Assembly (NCBI RefSeq): GCF_009914755.1 | Contig: NC_060926.1 | Reading direction: 5' to 3' (one strand) | From: the human T2T-CHM13v2.0 reference genome, Homo sapiens | DNA: 64,000 bases | In this document: piece by piece, positions 1 to 13,719 of the stretch | How positions within the stretch are numbered: position 1 is the stretch's first letter | How the letters are laid out: each line of letters opens with the position of its first letter | Notes under the pieces: model-generated | What the model saw: the letters and a program-made list of their open reading frames with translations, nothing else | Told to the model about the DNA's origin: nothing | The model's database searches: none | Position numbers and translations under genes: made by a program

Positions 1-2173
1 TCCTTGTTGACTTGTGAAAGAGATCTCTCTATATTCATTTGGGCTCTGTGCACGTCACATGATACCAATACATTCCAAATGCTAAGATACAAGATTACTA
101 CTTAACCATAGAACAAACCAACAGGAATTTTAATCAAGACAATATCCAATAATGAATAAAGATGGAATGTTTTGGAAGGATTCCAGAATACACATTTGGG
201 AATTTTTAATCTTGCTCGTCTTTGAATCTAGCAAAAATACTTTAAACTTTTCTGACTATGCCATTTTAGGCTGCATCCAGAAACCAGCTACTATCTAAGG
301 TATTAAAGCGTTTCATCTGCACAGACATTGAATTTCCAAATCTATTTCAATAATTGATACCAGATTAACTGAAATATGAATCAACAGACAACTTTCTTTA
401 AAGACATTCTATAAGCTGAGTTATTTTATGATATAAAAGATGAAAAGAAATCAAGATAATAGTGATCATTATGTGGCAAGAATATTTCTATATTTTAGGA
501 TTTGTTTTATTTTAATGTTTGTATTCAGACCAGGTTTATTTGTAATAGTTTATCACATTGCTTCATTAAGCCATACTCAGCTATTGGTGGCCAAACATTT
601 AGCATGAGTTTGAAGGTTATCTGAATCATCACTAAATGTAAAGGAAGCTCTTTTATAACAATAATTAAAATCAGCTGTAACTTACCCAAAATGAGAATTT
701 TGGCATATTTTAACTGGTTTTGAAAGAGTTATGGCTGTAAGAAGGCAGTGGCCTAGTAATGAGTTTACAAGTTTAGGATACTGAGGCTCTTTTTCCTGAT
801 GGGTGGGGATTTTCCACACCCACCCTGACAGCTACCACCAAATGGAACCAAGACAATTCCCCTTCCACAAGGCTGCTTTGAGCACTGGTGTTTGGGTCTT
901 TGAAAGGGACCAAGCTATGGCTGGAAAAAAGATGCTAAAAGTGGAACATAGATTAAACGTGACACGTTACACTATAGGAAAGGTATTTGTGAAGACCATG
1001 CAGTAGATCAAAGACTCCACTGCACTTATTTTTGTCTTCACACACCTACTAAACCTGTATTTCTGCTGATTAGTGAAATTCCAGCTCTTTGACAATCCCA
1101 GGACCCTAAATTGATATATCATCCAGCAGCATTAAAATGTTGGTTTTGCATGATTAAAAGTGTGGGTGCACAATTTCACTGGGAGGAATGAGAGTCGTGA
1201 GCCATTTAAAGTAAATCAAGACTAAACAAGGAAAATGAGAAAAATGGCCTGTGCAATTGCCCGGTTAGTCATCTCAGTATCCCAGCTGAAGGGGAGATTA
1301 GAACTAAGGTCTGAGCTGGGGATATTTCCCAGGGGTGGATGCTAGTTTTAGGGCAGATTCTCTGGCATACTCTGATTAAGCCACTAATTTGGGTCAGAAG
1401 GAGGGAAACAGAGCTAGTAATGCATTTCTGAGTCCATCTCAAGAGAGTAATTGATCAATGTCTGCTTTATTTCTTTTTCACTTTATGTATTTGTTTTCCA
1501 AAAAAAAAAAGGGAATTATTTTCAAATCATTTTGAATATTACAGATTTTATCTGGGTATCCTAACCAAGAATTCCAGATAGAATCTAGTATATACAGTGA
1601 AAGTTAAAACACTGAATAACTGTAAGCCAGAGAACAAACTCATCCCAGAAAAGATTTTACAGTATTCCCAGAGAATAGGAGACGCTAATAGAGTTATATA
1701 TGTTTTAAGAGGTAGATACAATCACGTGTGCACAATATAAAACAGAAGGTTTTTAATGATTGAAAAAGGAGGGGAAAAAACGCTATTTGGTAGTAGCTTG
1801 GTGAACTTTGGCTGAACTTCTCTGTTTGGCAGGCTCTGGTGCGGACAGTCTAGGATGAGGCATTAGGGCTCGCATCTGAGAAGTTGACATCAAGCAGACA
1901 GCAAGACATGATATCTTATTTTCCTGAGCCATGCTGACACAAATTGAACTCCCTTATTATTTTCTTATGCCTGTAAAGTTGCACTTGGAATTTAAGCATT
2001 TTGTGTGCAGATGTTGAGGGCCGGGTTGGTTTAATTTAAATAATTTGCAGATTGTTTAGTAGCACTCCAAAGACGGCAGTGTTCTTCATCTGAGTTCAAT
2101 TTTATGAGCTTTGGTTTCTGATCTTCTGCAAGGTAAAACTGGAGCTTTAAAAAACCCCAGTGCTCTAAAGACC

Positions 2174-2203
2174 CTGCTGCTGCTGCTGTTGCTGCTGCTG
2201 CTG
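2174..2203. repeat. (CTG)5 TTG (CTG)4 trinucleotide repeat
   Basis: Read directly from sequence. Confidence 0.9.
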
Positions 2204-3494
2204 GCTTTGTCATTGGAAGAAAATGAAGACCCGGCAATGTTGTCTCTAATTTGCTCAACTTTTTACTTTCCCTGGTTCTTTACTTTGGAAAAAACAAAGT
2301 GCCTTAGGAAGAATTGGATGGGGGCTGGGAGGATGCACTGAGATGGTAAAGCATCAAAATCAAAAATCAGAAATAATGAGGACTGACTTGTTATAAAATA
2401 CTTGTTCCCGTCTCTCTGACTATAGAATCACTTGGTTTCCAATTTTTTCCGGGCCATAGCAATTATGCATTTGCACTGTTTATGCAGCCCCTTCTCCATC
2501 AGACATTTCTTTCACTGATGTTTACTTACCCACTTTTTCTAAAGATTATATGTGACCTCCCTGGAGCCCAGGCATAGATGCATGATTGTATTCCCATTTA
2601 TATACGAGTCAATTGCCTTCATTCTCCAGCGTAGGATTTGTTTGCCCAGCTAGGCCCCACATACTAAACAAAATGAGGGAATGCTTCTTGGAAGAAAGTA
2701 AGATGTCAGTGTACATTACAACCCCCCTGGGGTAAATGGAGAGCATTCATAAAGACTAAAGAAATATGCTTTATAATGAAATGTACCTCATATAATTTAT
2801 GACCCAATACTCAGAGATGAGTTTTTCTCTTTGGGAATGTATGTCTGTATGTGAGAGAGAAGACAGTCTGTGATTATATAAAATTCTTAATAATAATCTG
2901 GGGAAAATATGTTCTTTCTAGTTTGGGCAATGACCAAAAGTGATTTGCAATGACCTCTATGAGTTCCCAAAGAGGATGTGAAGTTCTCCCCTTTGTCCAC
3001 TGCGGTCATAGTGCTGGGTGTGGTCATGGCTTTGACCTTAGACACAGAGAAATCTCTCTCCCACACAAAGGGGAGGGGAGAGTGGGATATGCAGAAAGAG
3101 GTGAATGGTATGTTGGCGTGGGGCTGGGGAGTGCGGGTACATGTGTTAGAAGGGAGAGATCCATTCTTCCCTTCCAGCTGCAGTTGTCTCTGAGCTCTGG
3201 TCCCTAAACCAGCCCTCAGCTGTGATGGACTAAATTGCAAGAGAAAAAGACCCACAGTTGGAGTTGAAAGTAGTGAGGTGTCAGCACAGAGTCTCTATTT
3301 CTCCCTTGTGATGGACAAGTAAGAGTGGCTCTGACCAAATTCTTTTTTCTCTAGAAAACACCAAAAAAACATGTTTTTGCATTAACTACCATATTGAAAA
3401 TTCTCACAGAGGCCTCAATTTTGACCTTTTGAATAAGAATTGAGGTAACTTTCCTACCAATGCAGCTAATGTGGCAGGAATTACAGTTTATCAT

Positions 3495-3670
3495 AAGGTT
3501 TTAGAGTTGGAAGTGATCATAGCAATAATCTAGGCTGAGCCCCTCATCGTTCAGATAAGAAACTGACATGTGAGGAGGAAACATGACTCAGCCAAGGTCA
3601 CATGGCTTGTTAGTCGAAGGGTAAAGCCCAGAGGCCAGGGCTTCTGATACCCTGCCCAGTCCTCCTTCCT
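3495..3670 (-). mobile_element. MIR SINE fragment
   Basis: 'cagataagaaactga...gccaaggtcacatggcttgttagt' resembles the reverse-complement MIR core. Confidence 0.65.
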
Positions 3671-3932
3671 TTCCTGCTTCACCCAAGATGACCATTGCGA
3701 AAAAGGAGGGACAGAGGTCTCCATGCTGTACCAGGAAAGAAAGTCCAGAGATTGCTAACCCAGCTTGACAAGTGAATTGATCTGTAAGTCCTCTTTCTTG
3801 CCACATCCAACCCAGAAAAACTCAAACAAAGCCCCACCTGGCCAGAACACTGAGGTAAGGTGAAGGACTCACACACCTGGGGGCATCACTAGGGCACAGC
3901 TCCAGCTCTTCTCTCCCACTAAGTCACCTTAA

Positions 3933-4440
3933 GTCTTAGCCTGGGTTCTCCAGAAAGGTGAGCCTAGGGGAAGGCTTGCCGGCTATTACTTTACCAAGAC
4001 TGCAACCCAAGGGATCAGGAGTGGAGGAATATGGAGACAAAATTGGGAAAGTAGACACAGTCCATATGTAGGTGTATCACTAAGAAGAAGGGGCCGATTG
4101 ATGCTTTGCTCTGTCCATGGGACTGCGACCCCTAGAAGTCACATAGGCTGGTCTCCAGACTATCTCTAATGCGGGAAGCGAGGACAAATGTATCCACTGG
4201 ACCTCACCTTCCTTAGATGGAAAACTTGCTTCTGCACTCTGGTTTGTGCGTGTGTGGTCATGAGCACAGAGCATGAGCACTGATGTTGTTCCCAAGAAAA
4301 TATCAATAGGGAAGACTGGCACTGCACTCGAGAGGTGAGAACCACCTGTCAGGGACCAGACGCTACTGACCCTTACAAGGCTGGACCAAGAAGAAGGCGA
4401 GGCCCAGAGGCTCAGAAGGGATGCAAAAGAGGTGTGTGAC
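3933..4440 (-). mobile_element. Old ERVL solo LTR (LTR16-like)
   Basis: Begins 'gtcttagcctgggttctccagaaag', resembling the reversed 3' end of LTR16-family LTRs; right boundary uncertain. Confidence 0.4.
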
Positions 4441-4745
4441 ATACCCTGGGAAGTGAATTCTGCCCTTTAACATGCCCTCTCACTATAAATGTAGATGAAG
4501 ACATCGACAAAGACATGGATGTAGACAGGTGAAAAGGAAATAATTCCCCAGAGAGAAAGTTTATAAAAGAACACAATTCAACCCTCTCTGTGTGTTCATC
4601 AGTCCTATATGTTCAGTTAATACCAAATAAATGCTAGTTGAATAAAAGAATAAGTGCCAACTTGTAGATTAGATGACTCCATAATGAAAAGTAAGCCAAA
4701 GCAAATTAAGTCACAAACACAATATGCTGTATAAATGGTTTTGTT

Positions 4746-5571
4746 GCAAAGGACATCAACAGACACTTTTTAAAAGAAGACACGTGGCCAACAATCATAT
4801 GAAAAAAAGCTCAACATCACTGATCATTAGAGAATTGCAAATCAAAACCACAATGAGATACCATCTCATAGCAGTCAGAACAGCTATTATTAAAAAGTCA
4901 AAAAAAAAAAAAAACCTGATTCTGGCAAGGTTGTGGAGAAAAAGGAACACTTATACACTGTTTCTGGGAGTGTAAATTAGTTCAACCACTGTGGAAGACA
5001 GTGTGGCGATTCCTCAAAAACCTAAAGACAGAAATACCATTCAACCCAGCAATCCCATTACCCAAAGGAATATAAATCATTCTATTATAAAGACACGTGC
5101 ACATATATGTTCACTGCAGCACTATTCACAATAGCACAGACATGGAATCAACTTAAATGCAGATCAATGATAGACTGGATAAAGAAAATGTGGTACATAT
5201 ACACCACGGAATACTATGCAGCCATAAAAGAAAATCAGATCATATCCTTTGCAAGGACATGGATGGAGGTGGAGGCTATTATTCTTAGCAAACTAATGCA
5301 GGAACAGAAAACCAAATACCACATGTTCTCACTTATAAGCGGGAGCTGAATTATGAGAATACATGGACACATATAGGGGAACAACACACACTGGGGCCTA
5401 CCAGAGGGTGGAGATTGGAAGGAGGGAGAGGATCAGGAAAAATAGCTAACGGGTACTAGGCTTAATACCTGGGAGATGAAACAATCTGTACAACACACTC
5501 CCGTGGCACAAATTTACCCATGTAACAAACCTGCACATGTACCCCTGAACTTAAAATAAGTTAAAAAAAAA
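4746..5571 (+). mobile_element. 5'-truncated L1PA (approx. L1PA13-16) 3' end
   Basis: ORF2 C-terminal remnants ([29 protein letters not shown]), 3'UTR ending 'ctgcacatgtacccctgaacttaaaataagttaaaaaaaa'; possible degenerate TSD aaatggttttgtt (4733-4745) / aagtgattttgtt (5570-5582). Confidence 0.92.
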
Positions 5572-6298
5572 GTGATTTTGTTTTGCTCCATCCTTTACTT
5601 TTACTTTTTTAAAAAAAATAGCTTTGATGGCCGATTTTTAAAAAACCTTTCAATTACATCCATGATGGCCAATGTTTTGACATCATATAAATCCCCTCAT
5701 CCCTTGTCAAGTGCTAAAGTTCAAAGTGATTGATACAACTGATGTCACCAACATCCCGCAAGGAAAAAGAAATCATTAAACAACTTTTATCCCAATACCA
5801 GAAACTCCCCCAGCAGAATCTCTCCAGCTTATCCTTCAGCCTTCAAAGTACCTCTACTTTGACCTTAGTAAGAGAATCTTGAGTTTGATTTGCTTTACTG
5901 GTGAGGATTCTGTAAGCAATTATGTATGAGAGAAAAGTTCTCCAGCTCAAAAATACTTGAAAACCACAACGCCAGCTGATTGCTAGATTGCTATTGTCTC
6001 ACCCTCTCTAATAACCTAAGATTTCAATAAGATAGTTATCAGGAATGGGAAACCAAGACAATTACGTGATCTCCAAAGGATGTATCCATGGAGGCATGAC
6101 TACTTTAGAAAAATTTCTGTTGGTTCGGGGATGGCAGAACCATATGGCTATTTGGAACAGATTGCTAACTTCCAGGACTATGATCAAGGGGGATCACTGT
6201 GTTCTCCCCAACATCTTTCTTGGGTGCTTCAATTAGAGACAGAAACCCAGAGTGTGAGAGCTGAGATGGCCTTTTAAAGATGCCATGTCATTTAACTT

Positions 6299-6741
6299 TG
6301 TGGTATGAATTGAATTGTGTCCTCTCCAGAGATATATTGGAGTCCTCACTCCCATTATCTCAGAATGTGACCTCACTTACAAACAGGGTCTTTACAGAGG
6401 TAATCATGTTAAAATGAAGTTACTGGGGTGAGCTATAACCCACATGACTAGTGTCCTTATAAAAGAGATTTGGACACAGAGACATGCATGCTGGGAGAAA
6501 GCCATGTGATGATGAAGGCAGCATGAGGCAACATATTTACAAGCCAAGGAACACCAAGCCATCAGCAGCTAGGCCAGAGGCATGGAACAGATTCTCCACC
6601 ACAGCCCACAGAAGGAATCAGCCCTACTGTCACCCTAATCTCAGACTTGTAGCCTCCAGAACTGTGAGACAATGCATTTCTTTTATTCTAAGCCACTCAG
6701 TTTTTAGCACTTTGTTATAGCAACCCTGGGAAACAAATATA
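6299..6741 (+). mobile_element. MaLR solo LTR (MLT1B/C-like)
   Basis: 'tgaattgtgtcc...agaatgtgacc...agggtctttacagaggtaatc...cctccagaactgtgagacaat...tttgttatagcaaccct' are MLT1 motifs. Confidence 0.85.
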
Positions 6742-7714
6742 CTGCCCCTATCTATTGTGCTGTGGAAGTAAATGCAGGTAACTGAGGCCGAGAGATTAGA
6801 AGTGGCAGGCCCAAGGTCACAAACCAAGTTATAGCAGAACAATCAGGAGTCCCTCCTCACCCATGAAGCCGGATATCCATGAGGCTGACCCAAGGGAGCC
6901 ATTCCTGTGTTTTCCAGTATAAAACACTCATGCTGCAATATGGGTAAACAGAAGTCCATAGGAGAAGATCTTTCCTCCTATATTCCCTTCAGAGGAAAGA
7001 GAATTAACCCCATGTCCTCTCAACAGGACAGAGCTAGCACATCTTGAAAGCAGCACCCTTAGGCCTCCCCCTCATATTCTCTCCAGCACCCTCCTCACAT
7101 TATTGATGACTAATCAATCGATCAGCAAACACACAGCTACTTTGATGGTTCATGTTCCATTCCGTGGCCCACTAAAAGAATGGCTGACTTTTTAAAATGA
7201 ACAGAGTGATCTGTGCTGAAGACAGCTAGAAACACCAAAATGGTGGGGGGGGGGGTGGGGAATAACAGTGGAGGTGTGGATTGAAAGTGGAAGAAAACTA
7301 AGACAGCTAGTGGGCATTTCCTGGCATGCCCCATGGTGGGTAGAGGGACTCGACTGTGGTAGCCTGGAAACTCAAATTGAGTCCAGCACTAGATTTATAA
7401 AATGGAAATGTCTGGCTGGCCCTCAGCAATGTCCCTTAGTTAACAGATAGCTCTGGGTGCCTTGCCAAGCCCTTGCTGACCAGTCTATCAGGAGATCCCA
7501 AAATGAGTTGGAGTGTCTCCTTATCTGGGGAGCAAAGGAAGGAAAAACTACAATTTACATTGTCAAATAACTTCCAACCCAATGGGAAGATTCACTCTCC
7601 ATCCTCAAGGAAGGCTCAGTTTGATGTAGTGGAGAGAGTGTGGCTTTTGCCGGCAATCAGACCTTGGTAGGAATTCCAGGCCCAGCATTTAAAAGTCTGG
7701 CTTAGCTACCTTCA

Positions 7715-8014
7715 TGGTAAATGGAGAGGTGCACCACCAAGACCCCACTTCACAGAAGGATTTTGGGGGTCATGCCTTTCCTGGGACAACCACATCTGGT
7801 GACTGGTCTAGGTATGGATACAAAGACCTAGTCATTTCAGCCTGACTTAAGACATCCTGACGGGCAAGCACTATGCAGTTTGGCCAGTGCTTCATTGGAC
7901 CTACGTTGCAATTGCCTCCTCCTTGTTTCTTCTCTCTTCCTTTTTCAGGTGTTGATCTCTAACAAACATCTGCACCCCAAACTCCAGCACCTTGCTTTTG
8001 GAGAACCAATGCCA
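7715..8014 (+). mobile_element. ERVL solo LTR (LTR16A-like)
   Basis: 'ggtgttgatctctaacaaacatctgcaccccaaactcc...gagaacc' resembles the LTR16A 3' end. Confidence 0.55.
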
Positions 8015-8153
8015 ACCCCACGAAGCGCCACTTGTAAAGACAGAGCAGCAGTGGTTTTTCTGCAGGGATATTAGTGGGGAGAAAATGATCACAGATATGG
8101 AGCTTCCTACACTGTGGCTGGCACAGTGGCATGCTTGTGAAAGTTCCTGTCCC

Positions 8154-8453
8154 TTCTTTTCTTTCTTTTGAGACCGGTGCTGACTCTGTCACCCAGGCTG
8201 GAGAGCAGTGGTGTCCTCATAGCTCACTGCAACCTTGAACTCCTGAGCTCAAGTGATCCTCTTGCCTCAGCCTCCCAAGTAACTAGGACCACAGGTGCAT
8301 ACAACCATGCTCAGCTAATTTTTAATTTTTTTTAAAAAAGAGAGAGTCTTACTATGTTGCCCAGGTTGGTCTTAAACTCCTGGGATCAAGCAATCCTCCT
8401 ACCTCAGCCTCCCAAAGTGCTGTGAATATAGGTGTGAGCTACTGCACCCAGTC
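8154..8453 (-). mobile_element. AluJ
   Basis: Full dimeric Alu on minus strand, J-type motifs ('catagctcactgcaaccttgaactcctgagctcaag'), CpG-depleted. Confidence 0.92.
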
Positions 8454-10809
8454 TCCTTTCTTTTTTCCCCTCTGAAAAGCCCTGATGTTGTTGGGCATAA
8501 ACATGTTGACCCTTAGGCTTCTCCGCCTCACTGGTGCCCCCTGGACAGCAATGGGTCAGGCAGGTGGTGGCACTGTGGAGTAGGCTTGATGCTGCCATCA
8601 CCTCTGCCAGGAGATGAGAAGTGGGTTATTCAAAGAAAAGAAAGACAAGACAGACTCATGTGTTCACAATGCAGGAACACAAAAGCCTCTGCCACATAGG
8701 CTGCAAAGAAACCTGTTGCAAACTCTGTCTTCTGAGTTCAGCACAGCAGCTGCTTATTTTTCAAAATAATTGATGAAATTCAGCACAATTAAAATGCAGT
8801 CTCTTAAAGGTGTGATCAGAATCTCTCTCCAAATTTGACTTAAGACTCAAGATGCTTTCTCTATCAAATGATTTGCTGGAGGATTTGGGAACCAGCCTGG
8901 TGGGCTGCCTTTCCTGGGAATGCCCCTATTAAAACTGGGTCCGAGATGGGGAAAAGGAGTCAACCAACAAGATGAATCCAGGATAGAAAATCCCACCACA
9001 CAGTACAGTAGTTCTCTGGGTGACATCCAGCCTAGTTTAATAAACAAACCAGTTTCCATCTGATAGTTATTAAAGCAAGGGAATTAAAAGAATTATTGGT
9101 CGTATTGTACTCCCACATGTCCTCAGAACCAGTACAAAGATGAGAAGTTGAATGAATGTCAGCATCCATGCCTTGGAATCTCAGAGATGGAGCCAAAGCT
9201 CCACTGGCTGGAGAAGCCACAGCACCCCTCTCTCCTACCCAGTGGATCCTCTGAGAAAGGTTAGTCTCAGACCTCAGCTGAGATGAGGTTGCCAGTAATG
9301 CAAGGATGTTAAGTCTGGAGAAAATGTGCTCAAGCCCATTTCCAAGGCTTGAGAATTGTGTTTTGAACTGGAACCCAGCCTTAATGAAGTTCCACCAAAG
9401 GACAGAGGCCTTAACAGAAGGCCAGATAGAAGAGTAAATCCTTGAAGTCCTTGGAAAATAAGGTTAAGTGGTTCTTTATATTAGGAGGCACTCAATGAAG
9501 AAGGATTGTCAGAACAGCAAAGTGGAACAGAGAGAAGCTAGGTTAGGTAGCTGGAAGATAAAGAAAGTTGAGAGGGAGTTAACTTTGGTAACAAGAAAAA
9601 AATTTCCAACCAGTAACCCAGAATTGGAAATCTTGCCTGGGAAGGGTCAAGGCTCAGTCATCAAATTTGGCCTCATCAGGTGCAAGGAGCAAAGCAGTTT
9701 TGGGGGTGGGGTTGGAAAATGAGCGGTGAGGAAGAGGTTCACTAGCAGAGCAAGCCTTCCTTAGTGCTGAAGGGGGAAATGCTCCAGTGGGGAAAAAAAT
9801 TCAGCAGGAACTCAGCCATGAGACCCCTGTCAACATAAAGAGGATCATCTGAGACCACAGGACCTGAAACAAGGCCCCTCACAGGCATCCACCATTCTTT
9901 AGGGAGAATAGTCTGCAAGGAGAGATGCAAAACATGGGCAACGTGGAGTGGGAATGAAGTGAGGAGGAAAGAGGTGGGGAAGAGAACAGGCAGGGCTCTA
10001 TAAATAACCCAGGAAACCACAAAATCAGTATGTAAACAGATGTATGCAGTGGTTTCCTCACATCTCCCAAGAAATACCAATGTCAGGGCAGCCGCAGCAG
10101 CCCCTGGACCCCACACTCTTATCCAAGGTAAAGGTCTGGAAGGTGGCAGAACTGGTTCCTACCCCAGTCCTGACTCTCCTGTGGACTTTCCAGGACAAGG
10201 GAAAGGGTCCCAGAACAGAATGGGACCCTATGGCAAAACAGTCTCCCCACACACCAAGACAGCAGTATGATGGAAAACTGTTTTCGTCCTGGTGTCCAAC
10301 CCTAGTACAGAAAGGTGTGTAGAGAAGTTTCCTCTCCCCACTGGGAGAAGAGATAGGGAGGGGAATTTGCTGAAACAACTGGCTCATGAAACCAGAGTTC
10401 TAAAGGAAATTCCAGCTGTCAAGGAGCCCCTGAGTGAATGGCAGAAAAGGATCCAAGCATCTTTGTTTTGCTTGCATGGTTTGCCCAGGGCTGCCCAGTG
10501 ACCTAGGTCCCTAGAAGGATGGGTTTGGCAGGGGGTGTAAATATCCAAGTCAGGGGAAGCAATTAGGCAAACGACAGCTCCGGGTACCTATACTGATGAA
10601 AGATAGCTGCACCGAGAAACCAGCTGAACAAAGATGCTCCCCAGGGGAGCCAAGGAGACTGGGCATCAGGGAGGCAACGCTGGGGTGACCCTGAGAGCCC
10701 CCCTCATGGAGGCGGGGAGACATCACTCACTGTCAGGGTGTTTCCAGGGGGCAGAAGCGCAGACCTGCAGGCTGTGCCAGCCCATGATTACCCACTCCCA
10801 CTCCTGCAC

Positions 10810-10883
10810 TTTTAAACTCCTGTGGTAGGTGTTCATCAGTAACTCATTTTAAACTCCTGTGGTAGGTGTTCATCAGTAACTCA
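10810..10883. repeat. Perfect 2 x 37-bp tandem duplication
   Basis: ttttaaactcctgtggtaggtgttcatcagtaactca at 10810-10846 and 10847-10883. Confidence 0.97.
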
Positions 10884-11041
10884 TTTCCTGACTTTTCAAA
10901 ATTAATATGTGCTTGTTAGCGCTGCCCTAAGTCAATGCATCATGTTAATTACACTTGGCAAATGAGAAATCGTGTGTTTGGGAAAGCAAGTTGGTGCAGG
11001 GAGCTGGTTATGACTGATGAGTGTTGGAAATGTTTCGGGGA

Positions 11042-11085
11042 GGCAGCTGTGGGGCAACTGTGGGGCAACTCTGGGGCAACTGTGG
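11042..11085. repeat. 11-bp minisatellite, 4 copies (ggcaactgtgg)
   Basis: ggcagctgtgg ggcaactgtgg ggcaactctgg ggcaactgtgg. Confidence 0.9.
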
Positions 11086-11299
11086 AGCATCTTCTGGACC
11101 CAGAGTCCAAGAGCTTGGCAGTGAGCACCTCGCTGCCACTCACCTCCCTGGAAAGGCTCTGTGTGCACTCACCCGCTCTGAGGCTCGGGTGGCCATCTGT
11201 AGCATGAAGACCCCTGTCCTCACCTTCCAGGGCCATCCTGAGATGGCAAGCTAGGCACTCAAAACATGTGAGCATACAAGGTATCTTTGTTTTGCCCCC

Positions 11300-11713
11300 G
11301 GATCCATGCCACACCATCCTTCCACCCTGTTCTATGCTCCAGAAGCCTGACCTGCAGCAAGGGCTTCCCCTGCCCATGACTCTCAGCTGTGTTGGCCAAA
11401 GGTGAACAGATGGCCAAGTGTGAGCAGGTGATGGGAGGCAGGGAAGAGAGTAAGGCTGAGATATCCATTTCCCTGAGACTCCCTCCCTGTGGGGTCCCAC
11501 AGATTAACTGCACCCAACAGAGGAGATCACCACTCCTGCTGGGCCTTTCCACACAGACCTCTCTGTTTCTACCTCCTGGTGATGGTGACTTCCCTTTGTG
11601 ACTTCTCTATTCCCTGCCCACACCTTTGAAATAGTCTTCTTATTCACCTCTCCCTAGATAATCCCACCTTCAGGGTACTGCTTCCCACCACCCTGCCAGG
11701 ACACTGACAAATA
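11300..11713 (+). mobile_element. ERVL solo LTR (LTR33-like)
   Basis: 3' end 'cccacacctttgaaatagtcttcttattcacctctcc...ctgccaggacactgacaaata' resembles LTR33; left boundary uncertain. Confidence 0.45.
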
Positions 11714-12115
11714 TTGGAAGTTTTGCCATTCACAGGTTGGCTGGACAGACTTGGGGCAGAAAGGGCTGTCACTGTTATTCGCATTGTGGTCTGTGAGTGC
11801 CTGGGTGAGAGGTCTGCCAAGGCTGCCCCCACAGCCTTCTGCAGACAGAACCACCATGAGCAGCCCCCACAAGGCCTGGGAGTGAAAGAGGAAAGATGTA
11901 GTGCTCATAGGGTAGTCACACTGCTGCATCAGAAGAGGGTGAAGCAAAAGGAGAAAGAAGAGTGAGAAAGGCTGGTGATAGTGGAGGGAAAAACTTAAAA
12001 AGTGAAATCTGAAATTTAAAAAGGGGTCTGAGAGAAGGTAGTATGGAAGGCAACTGGTGTGGGTTTGTACAATGCTGGCCCCATCTGTGGCCAGGATGTG
12101 CCCTGGCCTGAATAG

Positions 12116-12578
<463 letters not shown>

Positions 12579-12973
12579 TTACTCCTTGGATCCTGTAGCA
12601 TTCCAAGAAAGGGCCCTAGAGACTGGTTTTAGGGGGGCAAAGAAGCTATAAGAGGGCGGCCTGGTGGGCAGGGGCCCTTACCTACCATGGCACCAGCTCT
12701 TCTTTCATTAGAGAAAAAGAAATTTTAAAATATCACTGACGTTAAAGATACCATTAAGATCTTGGACTAATACATTTATAAGAGCCTATACCAGAGTTAA
12801 AAGACTGGGTCTCAGGACCTGTAGGTTTTACTAGGTGTGACAGTTTTAAAACATGACTACAAGTTCTTTGGCACCCTCCCATGGAGAGACAGGTCTACGT
12901 TGCCCCTCTCGATCCCCCTGGGGCTGTGATGAGCTTGACCAATGGCATATGACAGAATGTCTCTCTGATTTTC

Positions 12974-13275
<302 letters not shown>

Positions 13276-13701
13276 TGATTTTCAAGAGTGCGTAAGAAAA
13301 GGACTTGCAGTGTCCTGGTTAATTACTGGACCACTCCTTCTTAAAGGCACGAGCCCCTGTGTAGGAAGACCAGGGACTTAACTGAGCTCCATGCTAGAGG
13401 GATGCTGGAAATCTTCTGATCAGCAGTCCCAGGTGAACCAGCCGTCAGCCATCCTGGCCAGGAGCTACCTGGAGTGAGGAGATCATCTCAGATGTGCCTC
13501 CTCTACTGCAGTGGCACACCAGCCTTGGCTGCCTGTGGTGTCCTCGACACTCCAACACAGTCCCTGCCTCTCCCCTTTCCTCGACCCACAATGCCCTTCC
13601 CCACCCTGCATTCACCTGAAATCTGTCCATTCTCCACAACTCAACTCCCAAGTCCCATGGCACCTCCTCCAGGCGTCTTCTCGGAAATCCCTGCCTCTGT
13701 G

Positions 13702-13719
13702 CTGCTGCTGCTGCTGCTG
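13702..13719. repeat. (CTG)6
   Basis: Read directly. Confidence 0.85.

Noticed and set aside
2111-2341. Poly-Leu signal-peptide-like ORFs (also 13474-13875, 56541-56867)
   Set aside because: Poly-Leu comes from CTG/TTG microsatellites; no exon context or homology
10810-11085. Direct repeats as a CRISPR-like array
   Set aside because: Repeats are head-to-tail without spacers, only 2-4 copies, no cas genes, primate context
10949-11500. 183-aa ORF (also 36437-36979, 180 aa; 22243-22728, 161 aa)
   Set aside because: No recognisable domain; partly repeat-derived; lengths plausible by chance
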